Below, one piece after another: positions 27,691-37,740 of a stretch of DNA of 63,101 nt (within the stretch, counting starts at the first letter, position 1; the number at the start of each line of letters is the position of its first letter). The notes under the pieces are model-generated. The model worked only from the letters and a program-made list of their open reading frames with translations, searched no databases and was not told where the DNA came from. A program made the position numbers and the translations under genes. Origin of the DNA: Actinomycetota bacterium. Lineage in GTDB: Bacteria; Actinomycetota; Actinomycetes; Nanopelagicales; Nanopelagicaceae. Location: NCBI GenBank assembly GCA_009705035.1, contig WLDB01000001.1:1-63101 (forward strand), read 5' to 3'.

Positions 27691-30600
27691 GCGAGTTCTC
27701 GATCCAACATTTCGCGACGTCGACGTCCCGAAGGTAGCGCCATAATAATCGAGGTCACTAAGACAATTAAGAAGAGAGAGATCCAGGCGCGACGGCCAGT
27801 GCCATCATGTAAGAAATTAATTTCACCTGCTTGTAACACCTTAAATTGCGGAAGACCGTAATTATTGGTTGAGCGCTCAAGCCTTACTCCTTCAGAAAGA
27901 GCTTGCCACGAAGTACTGAAGTTCTCAGTAAGAGTAATCGTTCCAAATCCAGGCGCCTTTACAGTTCCTTGAACTGAATCCAAGACAGTGACTTTGCCTG
28001 AAAAATCAGTGAAGAAGAAACGTCCAGTAGGTTCATTCACCTTCCACACTGTTCCTTCATCTGTTGATGATGCACGACTAAATCCACCGAGTCCATCAAT
28101 TACCTGGATGAGCTCTTTATTCGCAGTCTTTTTCACGAATACATATTTGATTCCGTGAGCAACAAACACTTTGCTACTGGTGACGCCGGTATTGTCGATG
28201 AGACCTTCAACTGCAGCAGTAAGCGATTCGCTCAATGAAGTGGCAACATCTGCCTCACCAAGTTTGATTCCCTCGCCGCGAGAAATTGAATAGGCAAGCG
28301 ATGTATGTCCATTATTTGTGAGGGGGCGAATCACAAGGATTTTAGCTTCCTCTTCAACAGCGAGATAGGCCGGCAACACAACTTCAGACTTATGGGCAAG
28401 TGGGGAGTTGGCACTTGCTGTAAATATCCAAAGTGAAGATGTAACGCTATAGGTGAGTGAAAATAAGAGAACTAAGGCGACAATGAAGTGCTGATAACTA
28501 AGACGGGTATTTTCCAAACGTTCTTTTACTCCATCAAATGCAATAGTTGCAGCTACAACAGCAAAGAGGCTAGCTACAGCAATGAGAGCTCCGCTAAAGA
28601 AAAGTTGTGTGGAAGATGATCCATTACCTGTAACTCGAATTGCAGCACAGAGCGCACCCAGTAGCAGAAATGTAATACCTAGCGCGGAATACTTACGAGC
28701 CTGCGAGATTGAAAAATAAGTCACGAGTAATAAAAGTGAGATAGGGCTAATTGCCCACCAAGGAAGTGAGCCAAGTCCTCCTGGGTTTGCAAGTAGTGCC
28801 AGATTAGCGCCACCGCCATCCTGCGGAACTCCGATTTCGATAAGGAGTTGGCTGGGATTGATGAGAAATTTCAAGGAATTTGGGACGAGCAGAAGAAATG
28901 GAATTGCTAGGAGTAGTAAACGTCGCAGAGCGCGAGCAATAAATAATGGGTCTCTTGGATTCTTAGCAAAGTAGAGAAAATCCTTGGAAATATAAATTAA
29001 TGTAAAGATTGTGAGTGGAATAAAGAGTGATGGGTTAAATGCTAGAAGTACCCAGAGAAAGAGAGCGACGGTGAAGATACTTCGAAGGGCACGCTCCTCG
29101 ATGCGATCCCAGCTTCCCCAGAGGCGCAGCATCAGTGGAAGTGCAATGATTAGTACGAGTACTCCTAGGCGCCCACCATTAATAGCTGATATCGATACGG
29201 GTGATAGCGCATAGAGAAATGCCATCGCGGCCGAAAGCACTGAATTTGATGTGAGCCCCTTGAGGTATGAGTGGGCGCTCCATAGCGCTAAGAATGGCGC
29301 TGCAAAGAAGAGTAAGCCAACTGCCAGTGAAACATTCCCGAAAGTGGCAGTAGATAGAAGCGCTAGTAGAAATGTCCACGCTGGAGCTTCGATTCCACTT
29401 CCCATGCCAACAGGGTGCCAACTCTCAACATAGAATTTCCAAAGTTCTGAAGCTCCCTCTTGAGAAATTGCCAATGCACCACCAGAGATGGTGCCGAATC
29501 TATAGCGCATCCAGACAAAGACCAGAACTGACATCAAAGTGAATGAAAAAACAAAAGGCTTCAAGAAGAGTGATCGCCAAGATTTTCTCGCCAACGGCTG
29601 GAGAATTTCTTCGTCATCTTCGGCAATATCTAAATTGCTTATCATGATGGATTCATCATTGATATCTTCAGGGAAGATACGCTCACGAATTCTTTCGAAG
29701 AATCGGCTAGTACCGGTACGAAGTTGATCCCAGCGTGAGGGGATAAACCGTGCGACGATTCCTGATGAGACCAATCTTTGACTGCGCCGTTTCTTTCGCG
29801 CTACCAATAATTCGCCGGGATGGATGAGAAGCGATGCAATCGCCAAAATTTCATCGCTGGCGTAACCCGGCAATTTTGCAAATAGAAATGCGACAGACCT
29901 AATGAGCGCACCGCTCAATAACTGAATCGCGAGTAAAGGCAATTTCCACCAAGAAGAATTTGCAAGAAGGACATATGCAGCATTTCGTCGATCGAGAAGG
30001 AGTGGCCGATGAAGAGGTGCACCCGCGATATCAATGCCACGTCTCTCTGTTGCGGCGGCTTGGGCGTGATAACCAATGGCTGAAGTAACTGCCAGTGCTG
30101 AGTGACCTGCAACGTGCATGCGCCAACCAAAATCAACATCATCTCTAAAGAGTTCTAGATTTGTATCAAATCCACCAAGCTCTTCGAAAACTTCGCGTCG
30201 AATTAGTGCGCCGGCTGTACTTACGGCAAGAACTTCATGAGTGCCATCATGCTGACCTTGATCGTATTCATGAGGCTCAAGTCCGGTCCAACGTGATCCA
30301 TTAGTTGCGATACTTATTCCAGCTTCAAGTAGATGTGTGCGATCATGCCAACCAAGAAGTTTCGGTCCCACCATTGCAATACTTGGCCGTTCGGATACAG
30401 CACTTATTAACTCGGCAAGAGCGCCTGCATCTAATGAACAATCATCGTGAAGGATCCAGAGCCACTCATCGACTCCGTTTACTGGTGCAGGAAGTTGAGA
30501 TAAGCCGTAATTGATTGCCTCTGCAAAAGATGTAGTGCGATCAAGAGTGACCGTTGGAATTTTTGCTCCTTTAAGGAGCTTTGGTGAAGAATCTAGCGAA

Positions 30601-30725
30601 CCCGTATCGATTGCGAGAATCAAATCTGCAGGAAGTGTTTGCGATGCAATTGAGGCAACAACTTCGGGTAACCAAGTCGCTCCGTCATGAACGACCAAGA
30701 GAGCGCTAATTCGATTAATCGCCAT
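27687..30725 (-). CDS. GT2 glycosyltransferase fused to a large multi-TM domain
   Basis: LVVHDGATWL, WLWILHDD, GPKL, DQGQHD, DDVDFGWR; many TM segments; conserved downstream of whiB2. Confidence 0.9.
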   Translation of the reverse strand: MAINRISALLVVHDGATWLPEVVASIASQTLPADLILAIDTGSLDSSPKLLKGAKIPTVTLDRTTSFAEAINYGLSQLPAPVNGVDEWLWILHDDCSLDAGALAELISAVSERPSIAMVGPKLLGWHDRTHLLEAGISIATNGSRWTGLEPHEYDQGQHDGTHEVLAVSTAGALIRREVFEELGGFDTNLELFRDDVDFGWRMHVAGHSALAVTSAIGYHAQAAATERRGIDIAGAPLHRPLLLDRRNAAYVLLANSSWWKLPLLAIQLLSGALIRSVAFLFAKLPGYASDEILAIASLLIHPGELLVARKKRRSQRLVSSGIVARFIPSRWDQLRTGTSRFFERIRERIFPEDINDESIMISNLDIAEDDEEILQPLARKSWRSLFLKPFVFSFTLMSVLVFVWMRYRFGTISGGALAISQEGASELWKFYVESWHPVGMGSGIEAPAWTFLLALLSTATFGNVSLAVGLLFFAAPFLALWSAHSYLKGLTSNSVLSAAMAFLYALSPVSISAINGGRLGVLVLIIALPLMLRLWGSWDRIEERALRSIFTVALFLWVLLAFNPSLFIPLTIFTLIYISKDFLYFAKNPRDPLFIARALRRLLLLAIPFLLLVPNSLKFLINPSQLLIEIGVPQDGGGANLALLANPGGLGSLPWWAISPISLLLLVTYFSISQARKYSALGITFLLLGALCAAIRVTGNGSSSTQLFFSGALIAVASLFAVVAATIAFDGVKERLENTRLSYQHFIVALVLLFSLTYSVTSSLWIFTASANSPLAHKSEVVLPAYLAVEEEAKILVIRPLTNNGHTSLAYSISRGEGIKLGEADVATSLSESLTAAVEGLIDNTGVTSSKVFVAHGIKYVFVKKTANKELIQVIDGLGGFSRASSTDEGTVWKVNEPTGRFFFTDFSGKVTVLDSVQGTVKAPGFGTITLTENFSTSWQALSEGVRLERSTNNYGLPQFKVLQAGEINFLHDGTGRRAWISLFLIVLVTSIIMALPSGRRRREMLDRELA

Positions 30726-30731
30726 GACTAG

Positions 30732-30763
30732 TACCCTTTACGATTTTTACTCTTTACGATCTT
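30732..30763. repeat. 16-bp tandem repeat TAC[C/T]CTTTACGAT[T/C]TT x2 upstream of the GT2
   Basis: 14/16 identity between 30732-47 and 30748-63. Confidence 0.75.
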
Positions 30764-30789
30764 TGCAATCGCAAGAGAGTGAGAGCTCT

Positions 30790-31095
30790 TTAGGCGCGAC
30801 GCTTTAGGCGACGACGTTCGCGCTCTGAGAGGCCGCCCCAGATACCAAATCGCTCATCGTGAGCGAGCGCGTATTCAAGACACTCTTGGCGCACATCGCA
30901 GGAGAGGCAGACTCGCTTTGCTTCGCGAGTAGAGCCACCTTTTTCAGGGAAGAATGCTTCTGGATCGGTCTGGGCGCATAGTGAGCGCTCCTGCCACGAA
31001 AGCTCCATATTTTCGCCATTGGCGAGTTGGATTGTTGGTCCAGCAGTGGGGGCTGATGGCTTGCCAGTTGAAAATCCCTCTGGGCGGATCGGCAT
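30790..31095 (-). CDS. whiB2: WhiB2/WhmD Fe-S transcription factor
   Basis: WQERSLCAQTDPEAFFPEKGGSTREAKRVC..C.VR.ECLEYAL.HDERFGIWGGLSERERR; SD GAGGAG. Confidence 0.96.
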   Translation of the reverse strand: MPIRPEGFSTGKPSAPTAGPTIQLANGENMELSWQERSLCAQTDPEAFFPEKGGSTREAKRVCLSCDVRQECLEYALAHDERFGIWGGLSERERRRLKRRA

Positions 31096-31171
31096 ATGTC
31101 GAATCTCCTCAAGTCATTTAGTCGTTATGACACTAGGGGCACTTCATTAGAAGCGCCTTGCTACATACCGA

Positions 31172-31200
31172 ATTACACCCATGTAATCCCTTTTAGTCAA
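31172..31200 (-). promoter_or_regulatory. whiB2 promoter: -35 TTGACT with palindrome ATTACA-N4-TGTAAT across the spacer/-10
   Basis: TTGACT at 31195-31200 (minus); perfect 6-bp palindrome at 31172-31187. Confidence 0.6.
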
Positions 31201-31257
31201 CCCCGCTCCCCGTTCACAAACCGATAAAATCGCGGATGGGTGAGTAAATATCGACAA

Positions 31258-32226
31258 TTAGCTAGGAATAGGCTCACTTTTACGCACGGATTGATAGAAA
31301 TTTTCTAAATTAGTTGCAGGTGCAATGTGAGCTCCGTGAGCAATAAAACAGTGGCGAAGTGTGGTCCCGTTCCCAATAATTACATCATCCCCAACTATGC
31401 AATCTTCAATGATGCAATCTGCGCCGACTTCAACTCGAGCCCCAAGAGAGCTCTTTCCTGTGATTGTGGCGCTGGGATCAATCTTGCACTCGGCTAAGGA
31501 TTGGAAATCTCCATCGATTAAATCACGCGAGCCTTTAAAGAGCGCTGCCGGCGTACCCACATCGAGCCAGTATGCCTGTTCTCTGTAGCCATAGATTGCT
31601 CGAGCATCTTTAACGAGAGCTGGGAAGGTTTCGCGCTCAATGCTGACAACTTTGCCGAGTGGAATCTCATTGAGCACCCGCGGATGGAAGATGTAGCAGC
31701 CAGCGTTAATTGATTGAGTTACGGGGTTCTCCATCTTCTCTAAGAATGCAGTGACGCGCCCATCAGAATCAGTTGGAACGCAACCAAATGCTCGAGCATC
31801 TTCCACATCAATTAAATGCAGAGAGACTTCTGCATTCTTACTTTGGTGAAACTTGATTTGCTCAGCAATCGAGTGGCGACTTAGGACATCACCATTGAAA
31901 ATTACAATCGGCTCATCTCCAAGATTTGCTAAATCAAAAAGTTGCGCGGCATTACGAATCGCACCACCTGTGCCGAGCGGTTCTTTTTCAACTGCATAGA
32001 GAATCTTGATTCCCCACCGCGAACCATCGCCAAAGTAGGGAGTAAAGACATTAGCAAGATATGAAGTAGCGAGAACAAGTGTGTGAATACCAGCTGCCTT
32101 CGCAGCCATTATTTGATGCTCTGTCACTGGAATGCCCGCTACTGGCAACATAGGTTTGGGAGTCTCAGAGGTAAGTGGCATCAAGCGCGTTCCAAATCCA
32201 CCGACGAGAAGAATTCCAAGAGCCAT
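31258..32226 (-). CDS. Mannose-1-phosphate guanylyltransferase (NDP-sugar synthase)
   Basis: LVGGFGTRLMPLT..PKPML, EPLGTGGAI, FNGDV, FLEK, WLDVGTP; hexapeptide C-terminus. Confidence 0.92.
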   Translation of the reverse strand: MALGILLVGGFGTRLMPLTSETPKPMLPVAGIPVTEHQIMAAKAAGIHTLVLATSYLANVFTPYFGDGSRWGIKILYAVEKEPLGTGGAIRNAAQLFDLANLGDEPIVIFNGDVLSRHSIAEQIKFHQSKNAEVSLHLIDVEDARAFGCVPTDSDGRVTAFLEKMENPVTQSINAGCYIFHPRVLNEIPLGKVVSIERETFPALVKDARAIYGYREQAYWLDVGTPAALFKGSRDLIDGDFQSLAECKIDPSATITGKSSLGARVEVGADCIIEDCIVGDDVIIGNGTTLRHCFIAHGAHIAPATNLENFYQSVRKSEPIPS

Positions 32227-32228
32227 CG

Positions 32229-33305
32229 TTATGCCTTTACAGCTTCGGTAATTCGCGAAGCCGCATCAGTTATCTGCTGATCAGTAGCGGTCATTGCAAT
32301 TCGAATATGCTGCGAGCCTTTATCCCCATAGAAAATGCCAGGGGTTGCGAGTATTCCAAGCTGAGCAAGCCAGGCGACAGATTCCCAGCAATCTTCATTG
32401 CGAGTCGCCCAGAGATAGAGCCCTGCATCGGAGAAATCAATTGTGAATCCGGCAGTGGTTAGAGCTGGAATTAGCTTGGCTTTGCGGGCGTTATAACGAT
32501 TGCGTTGTTCACTTACATGATCTGAATCAGCCAAGGCTGCAATCATCGCTTTCTGTACAGGCAGAGGGACCATCATTCCGGCATGTTTGCGAACTTCAAG
32601 AATCTGAGCAATTAGTGCCGGATCGCCCACAACAAAGGCTGCACGATAACCGGCAAGATTTGATCGCTTTGAGAGTGAGTGCACAGCAAGAATATTTCGG
32701 TTATCTCCATCTGTGTATTGCAAAATGGATGAGGGAGTTTTATTTGTACCGAACTCTAGATAGCACTCATCAGATACGACTACTCCCTTAGTTCTACGCG
32801 CCCAATCGATAGCAACACGGTATTCAATTTCATTATGGACGCGACCGGTTGGGTTAGAAGGAGAGTTAACCCACGCTAACTCCGCTGTCGGCCACTGAGT
32901 AGCATCAATATCGACTGGAGTTGCCTCAGCTTTTGCCAGAAGTGCTCCTACTAAATATGTCGGGTATGCAACATCAGGGTAGAGGACGCTCTTGGTGGTT
33001 AGAAGCGTTGGTAGCCAAGCAACAAACTCTTTTGAGCCAATCAACGGAAGTACTGCAAAATCTCCAGTGGCACCTAGATTCTTTTTCGCCCATTCAGTGA
33101 TTGCCACGCGAAGTTCTGGAGTTCCAACTGTCACGGGATAACTTGGTGAGTTTGCCGCCTCGCGCAAGGCTCTCTGAATAAAATCTGGAGTTGGGTCTAC
33201 CGGGGTGCCAACAGAGAGATCGATTATTCCTGCGTGATGTTCTTTTGCAATTACGCCATATGGAGCAAGTGCATCCCAGGGAAAATCAGGAAGTTTGTGG
33301 GCCAA
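32229..33305 (-). CDS. dapC: N-succinyldiaminopimelate aminotransferase
   Basis: LPDFPWD, DLSVGTPVDPTP, NSPSNPTG, SDECY, HSLSKRSNLAGYR; follows fdxA. Confidence 0.93.
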   Translation of the reverse strand: MAHKLPDFPWDALAPYGVIAKEHHAGIIDLSVGTPVDPTPDFIQRALREAANSPSYPVTVGTPELRVAITEWAKKNLGATGDFAVLPLIGSKEFVAWLPTLLTTKSVLYPDVAYPTYLVGALLAKAEATPVDIDATQWPTAELAWVNSPSNPTGRVHNEIEYRVAIDWARRTKGVVVSDECYLEFGTNKTPSSILQYTDGDNRNILAVHSLSKRSNLAGYRAAFVVGDPALIAQILEVRKHAGMMVPLPVQKAMIAALADSDHVSEQRNRYNARKAKLIPALTTAGFTIDFSDAGLYLWATRNEDCWESVAWLAQLGILATPGIFYGDKGSQHIRIAMTATDQQITDAASRITEAVKA

Positions 33306-33606
33306 GTGCGCTCACATCAGGGTGGTCGGTATTGGTCTCGCCCACCTTAGATGCTCCACCGGGAGATCCGAGCTCAATAAAAAATTCAGTATTTACTTTC
33401 TTATATTCCTGCCACTGACCTGGGACATCATCTTCGTAATAGATTGCTTCAACAGGACAGACAGGTTCGCAGGCTCCACAATCAACACACTCATCGGGTT
33501 GGATATAGAGCATCCGTGAGCCTTCGTAAATGCAATCAACTGGGCACTCTTCACGACATGACTTGTCCTTAACGTCCACGCAAGGCTGGGCAATTACATA
33601 AGTCAC
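33286..33606 (-). CDS. fdxA: 7Fe ferredoxin
   Basis: GTG start with SD AAGGAG; TYVIAQPCVDVKDKSC.EECPVDCIYEG...CVDCGACEPVCP. Confidence 0.96.
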   Translation of the reverse strand: MTYVIAQPCVDVKDKSCREECPVDCIYEGSRMLYIQPDECVDCGACEPVCPVEAIYYEDDVPGQWQEYKKVNTEFFIELGSPGGASKVGETNTDHPDVSALGPQTS

Positions 33607-33716
33607 GGGGTTCTCCTTCAAATAGCTTTTGCGGCGCCTGCCTGCGCCGCCTCTGCGAATTCTAACCCTGCATCGCACTCGATGCACGATTAAGGGCGCC
33701 CCAATAAGGTTGGGCT

Positions 33717-35297
33717 ATGGATTTTTCTGGGGATTTTACGAGTGAGGTAGCTGGCGCAATCGGCAAGCGCGTCAGTATTCGCCTGCGCGAAGGAGATTCG
33801 ATGAGGGATCTTCTGGGAGTTCTCAAGAGTGAGGGTGAAATAATCAAAGGCGATGGCTCGGTAGCTACTTTCTCAACTAGTGATATTGCCTTCTTTAGAG
33901 TCATACCTGTTTTTAATCGCCGGGATCACGAACGTGAGCTAGAAGAAGCACGATTGCAACTCTATGAAACTGCTTCTCGCCAATTACGAGAAATATCTAG
34001 CGACCTAGTTCGAATTTACTCATGTGGTCCAACTGTTTATCGTGACGCCCATGTAGGAAATATGCGTACATTCTTGCTCACTGATTTAATTGTTCGAGTG
34101 CTCTCATTAAAGGGTCAAAGCGCGATAACGGTTCAAAACATTACTGATGTTGGTCACATGAATGATAATTTTGTAGCCGGCGCGCAAGAAGATAAAGTCT
34201 TGCAAGAGGCGAGAAATCAATCTCTGACTCCCATCGAAATAGCCCGTAAGTATGAAGAGAGATTTCATAAGGATCTCGCTTCTCTCAATATAACTCCTGC
34301 ACATTTCTATCCTCGCGCTAGCGATAATATGAGAGAAATTATTGAAGCAATTGGGGTTCTTATTGAAAGCGGAAATGCATATGTTGGTTCTGACAAAAAT
34401 GTTTACTTTAGCGCCGAGAGTTTCCCAAGTTACGGATTTATTAGCGGCAACAAATTAGATTCACTTAAGCCAGGTCATCGTTTTGAATTTGAGGACGATG
34501 GAGCGAAAAGGTTCCATGCCGATTGGGCGCTCTGGAAAGTTTCTGCCACCAGAACCGAGATGGTCTGGGATTCACCTTGGGGAATCGGATTTCCAGGTTG
34601 GCATATTGAATGCACTGCTATGTCTCTTCAGCTCTTGGGAGATAGCGTCGATATCCATGTTGGTGGTATCGATTTAAGGTTTCCACACCACGAAAACGAA
34701 CGAGCCCAGACAAATTCCATTGCCAAAAAGGATGTAGTCGCGCATTGGCTTCATGGAGAACACCTTCTCTTTGAGGGTCGGAAGATGTCCAAAAGTGCTG
34801 GAAATGTCGTACTTGTAGAAGAAATCATCGCCGCTGGACTTGACCCATTAGCTCTGCGTTTGGCTCTATTAGAGAATCGATATCGCTCGCAGATGAACCT
34901 CACGTGGGATTCGCTGCGAGCTGCACATGCAACACTTGAGAGATGGCGTTCTCTAGTAAATAGTTGGGGTTGGGGCGCTGAATTAAAATACGATCAAGAA
35001 GTCCACGCCAACTTAATGAACGATCTTGATACTCCAAAGGTCTTGATTAGGCTTCGCGCAATTGAGAAAGATGTGACGATTGGCGCATTAGATAAGCGCG
35101 CAATCTTTCTCTATGCAGATCTAGTTCTTGGCTTAGATATCTCACGCGCACCAAAAGTTATTGAAGTTTCCGATGAGGTTAAGGGATTGATAGAACTACG
35201 AACTGCCGCTCGCGCCGAAGGAAATTGGAGTGAGAGCGATCGCCTTCGTGATCAGTTACTTTCCTTGGGATATAAAGTCCAAGATGGCAAGAGTTAA
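33717..35297 (+). CDS. cysS: Cysteine--tRNA ligase with an extra ~80-aa N-terminal domain
   Basis: CGPTVY..AHVGN, NITDVGH, GFPGWHIEC, DIHVGGIDLRFPHHENE, KMSKS, C-terminal SDRLRD.L; TAAGGT-N6-ATG. Confidence 0.88.
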   Translation: MDFSGDFTSEVAGAIGKRVSIRLREGDSMRDLLGVLKSEGEIIKGDGSVATFSTSDIAFFRVIPVFNRRDHERELEEARLQLYETASRQLREISSDLVRIYSCGPTVYRDAHVGNMRTFLLTDLIVRVLSLKGQSAITVQNITDVGHMNDNFVAGAQEDKVLQEARNQSLTPIEIARKYEERFHKDLASLNITPAHFYPRASDNMREIIEAIGVLIESGNAYVGSDKNVYFSAESFPSYGFISGNKLDSLKPGHRFEFEDDGAKRFHADWALWKVSATRTEMVWDSPWGIGFPGWHIECTAMSLQLLGDSVDIHVGGIDLRFPHHENERAQTNSIAKKDVVAHWLHGEHLLFEGRKMSKSAGNVVLVEEIIAAGLDPLALRLALLENRYRSQMNLTWDSLRAAHATLERWRSLVNSWGWGAELKYDQEVHANLMNDLDTPKVLIRLRAIEKDVTIGALDKRAIFLYADLVLGLDISRAPKVIEVSDEVKGLIELRTAARAEGNWSESDRLRDQLLSLGYKVQDGKS

Positions 35298-35605
35298 GCG
35301 CGACGAAGAGCAGCTAACGCAACCGTAATAAGTCCGAGAATCATCAGAGCTGCTCCAAGTGAGTCTCCCTGAATAAGAAGTTCTCTTCCTACTCCGAATG
35401 TTCCCGCTCTCAAAGCAATTACAACCCACGCACAGGCCGCAAGAAATTTGTAAATTCTTTTGCCGGTGTATCGCCCCACGTACCAGATCGAAAAGTACGA
35501 AAGTGTGAGGCCAAGAATGAGACCCACTGGCGCCACGCTCTGATGAAGTAGAACGGAGGCGAGCCCAGAACTTATGCCGAAGAAAAGGGCGGATAAAGTC
35601 TGCAT
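35294..35605 (-). CDS. Small membrane protein (DUF6113-like)
   Basis: Four hydrophobic segments; immediately downstream of mshB as in other actinobacteria. Confidence 0.6.
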   Translation of the reverse strand: MQTLSALFFGISSGLASVLLHQSVAPVGLILGLTLSYFSIWYVGRYTGKRIYKFLAACAWVVIALRAGTFGVGRELLIQGDSLGAALMILGLITVALAALRRA

Positions 35606-36472
35606 TTACAGCGTTATGCCGGAGAAGAGATCGCTCTCTCTTCCATTGCTATCAAATGGTTCGCACTTTTCGCCGCGAACTAAGGTGTAGTACTCATGCC
35701 CCCACACTTGTAGCCCTAAATTATTGGAGAGAGCGAAGAATGGGCCATCAACCGCTATCTGTGTGGCATGAGCACGCATGGCAGCCATTTTCTGATCTAC
35801 ATACGAGTTTCCATCAATAAGTGTGGTGACGAATGAATCATCTTTTGCAAACGGTAAATCATCAGCACTTTCGGCACCAAAGAAATCTGAGCCTAATTCT
35901 TTCATTTTATCGATGCCATCTTGAATCACAGAGCGAGGCATGACATTCCAATAAATTTTAGGAATCTGCCACTCGCTTTTTTCTGCAGCAGCCATAGCTA
36001 CGCGATGGGCTTGAATATGATCTGGGTGACCATAGCCACCGAATTCATCGTAAGTAATCAGGATATGAGGTTTGACTTCATCGATAACGCGTACGAGATG
36101 AGAAGTTGCGGTATCAAAATCTGCCTGCCAGAAACAATCACTACGTTCATTGGGTTCGGTACCCATCATGCCACTATCGCGATATTTGAGCTGTGGTGAT
36201 CCTAAGAATCTATAGTCGCTTATTCCGAGCTCTTTCATCGCTTCTGCAAGTTCAATGACTCGGTGATCTCCAAGTAAATCATCGTGAGTGGCGGCTTTAT
36301 GTGAATGCTCTTCAACAAGAACTTCGCCTTCCTCGCCACGCGTGCAGGTGACAAGCGTGACGTCAGCGCCAAGCGCCGCGTACATCGCCATCGTCGCGCC
36401 ATTATTGATCGTCTCATCATCGGGGTGAGCATGAACGAGCAGAGCGCGATAGCCCTTATATGAATTCTGCAT
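35606..36472 (-). CDS. mshB: GlcNAc-Ins deacetylase MshB (mycothiol biosynthesis)
   Basis: VHAHPDDE, TCTRGEEGE, YRDSGMMG, GGYGHPDHIQAH, AMRAHATQI, FFALSN. Confidence 0.94.
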   Translation of the reverse strand: MQNSYKGYRALLVHAHPDDETINNGATMAMYAALGADVTLVTCTRGEEGEVLVEEHSHKAATHDDLLGDHRVIELAEAMKELGISDYRFLGSPQLKYRDSGMMGTEPNERSDCFWQADFDTATSHLVRVIDEVKPHILITYDEFGGYGHPDHIQAHRVAMAAAEKSEWQIPKIYWNVMPRSVIQDGIDKMKELGSDFFGAESADDLPFAKDDSFVTTLIDGNSYVDQKMAAMRAHATQIAVDGPFFALSNNLGLQVWGHEYYTLVRGEKCEPFDSNGRESDLFSGITL

Positions 36473-36485
36473 CTGTGTTTACTCT

Positions 36486-37667
36486 TTAGTAAACCGGGAG
36501 AGAAGAATCGATCTGCTTTGCCCAAGCAATAACGCCACCGCTTACATGGGTAGCATCGGCAAATCCAGCGTTCTTTAGAATTGCCAAGCACTCGGCAGAG
36601 CGAACACCGCTCTTGCAGTGAAGAATGATTGGCTTATTTTGAGGCAAATCTGCGAGTGCGCTTCCATCAATAAATCCTTGTTTTGGAATCAGATGGGAAC
36701 CCGGAATTCGAACAATCTCAAACTCACTCGGTTCACGCACGTCGATGAGATAGAAATTTTCTGCCCCATCAATCTTTGATTTCAACTCTTGGACAGTGAT
36801 GGTCGAACCTGTACTAGCCTCTTGAGCCGCATCTGAAAGTACGCCGCAGAATGCTTCGTAGTCGGGAAGTAACTCTTTTTGACGCGGATTATCGCTACAG
36901 ATAGGGCAATTTGGATCTTTGCGAATCTTTACTTTGCGAAAGCTCATCTCGAGCGCGTCATAAATCATCAATGAACCAATGAGTGGCTCGCCAACACCTG
37001 TTAGAACTTTGATTGCTTCAGTTGTCTGAATCGAACCGATGGTCGCGCAGAGAACACCGAGTACGCCACCTTCGGCGCAGCTTGGAACCATTCCGGGAGG
37101 TGGTGGTTCTGGATAGAGGCAGCGGTAGCAAGGACCGTACTCGGCCCAGAAAACACTGGCTTGTCCATCGAAGCGGTAAATCGATCCCCAAACATAGGGC
37201 TTCTTTAAGAGTACGCATGCATCATTAACAAGATAACGAGTAGCGAAGTTATCTGTTCCATCAACAATAATGTCGTACTGCGCAAAAATTTCGAGAACAT
37301 TGGAATTATCGAGACGAGTTTCATGAGTAATAACTTTTACATAAGGATTGATCTCAGCAATTTTCTCGCGAGCACTCTTTGCCTTACTTTTTCCGATATC
37401 TGATTGACCGTGAATAATCTGTCGTTGTAGATTTGATTCATCGACGGTGTCGAATTCAACTATGCCGAGAGTTCCGATACCAGCAGCAGCAAGATACATA
37501 AGTGCTGGAGAACCTAATCCACCTGCACCAACGCAGAGAACTTTGGCATTCATCATTCTTTGCTGACCAGCCATCGCAACATCAGGAATAATGAGGTGGC
37601 GGCTATAACGTCGAACTTCATCAACAGTTAGCGGCGCACCAGGGGAAACGAGTGGTGGAGTCTTCAT
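36486..37667 (-). CDS. moeZ: Adenylyltransferase/sulfurtransferase MoeZ (MoeB plus rhodanese)
   Basis: RYSRHLIIP, GAGGLGS, SNLQRQ, CYRC, PSCAEGGVLG, rhodanese HCKSGVRS; start MKTPP with CAGAAT-N6. Confidence 0.93.
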   Translation of the reverse strand: MKTPPLVSPGAPLTVDEVRRYSRHLIIPDVAMAGQQRMMNAKVLCVGAGGLGSPALMYLAAAGIGTLGIVEFDTVDESNLQRQIIHGQSDIGKSKAKSAREKIAEINPYVKVITHETRLDNSNVLEIFAQYDIIVDGTDNFATRYLVNDACVLLKKPYVWGSIYRFDGQASVFWAEYGPCYRCLYPEPPPPGMVPSCAEGGVLGVLCATIGSIQTTEAIKVLTGVGEPLIGSLMIYDALEMSFRKVKIRKDPNCPICSDNPRQKELLPDYEAFCGVLSDAAQEASTGSTITVQELKSKIDGAENFYLIDVREPSEFEIVRIPGSHLIPKQGFIDGSALADLPQNKPIILHCKSGVRSAECLAILKNAGFADATHVSGGVIAWAKQIDSSLPVY

Positions 37668-37740
37668 GTGATGATTCTGCCGTAATGCGCGAGAGCTCGC
37701 CACTTTACGCATCAGCTCATCACTCGCTACGATAGGCACA

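Noticed and set aside
33607-33687. Arg-rich N-terminal extension of ferredoxin
   Set aside because: GTG at 33606 with SD AAGGAG gives the standard FdxA N-terminus; the upstream sequence is a leader/promoter with hairpins.
33717-35297. Calling this gene mshC
   Set aside because: It has CGPTVY/HVGN/HHENE and an anticodon-domain-like C-terminus rather than MshC's CGITPY/HLGH.
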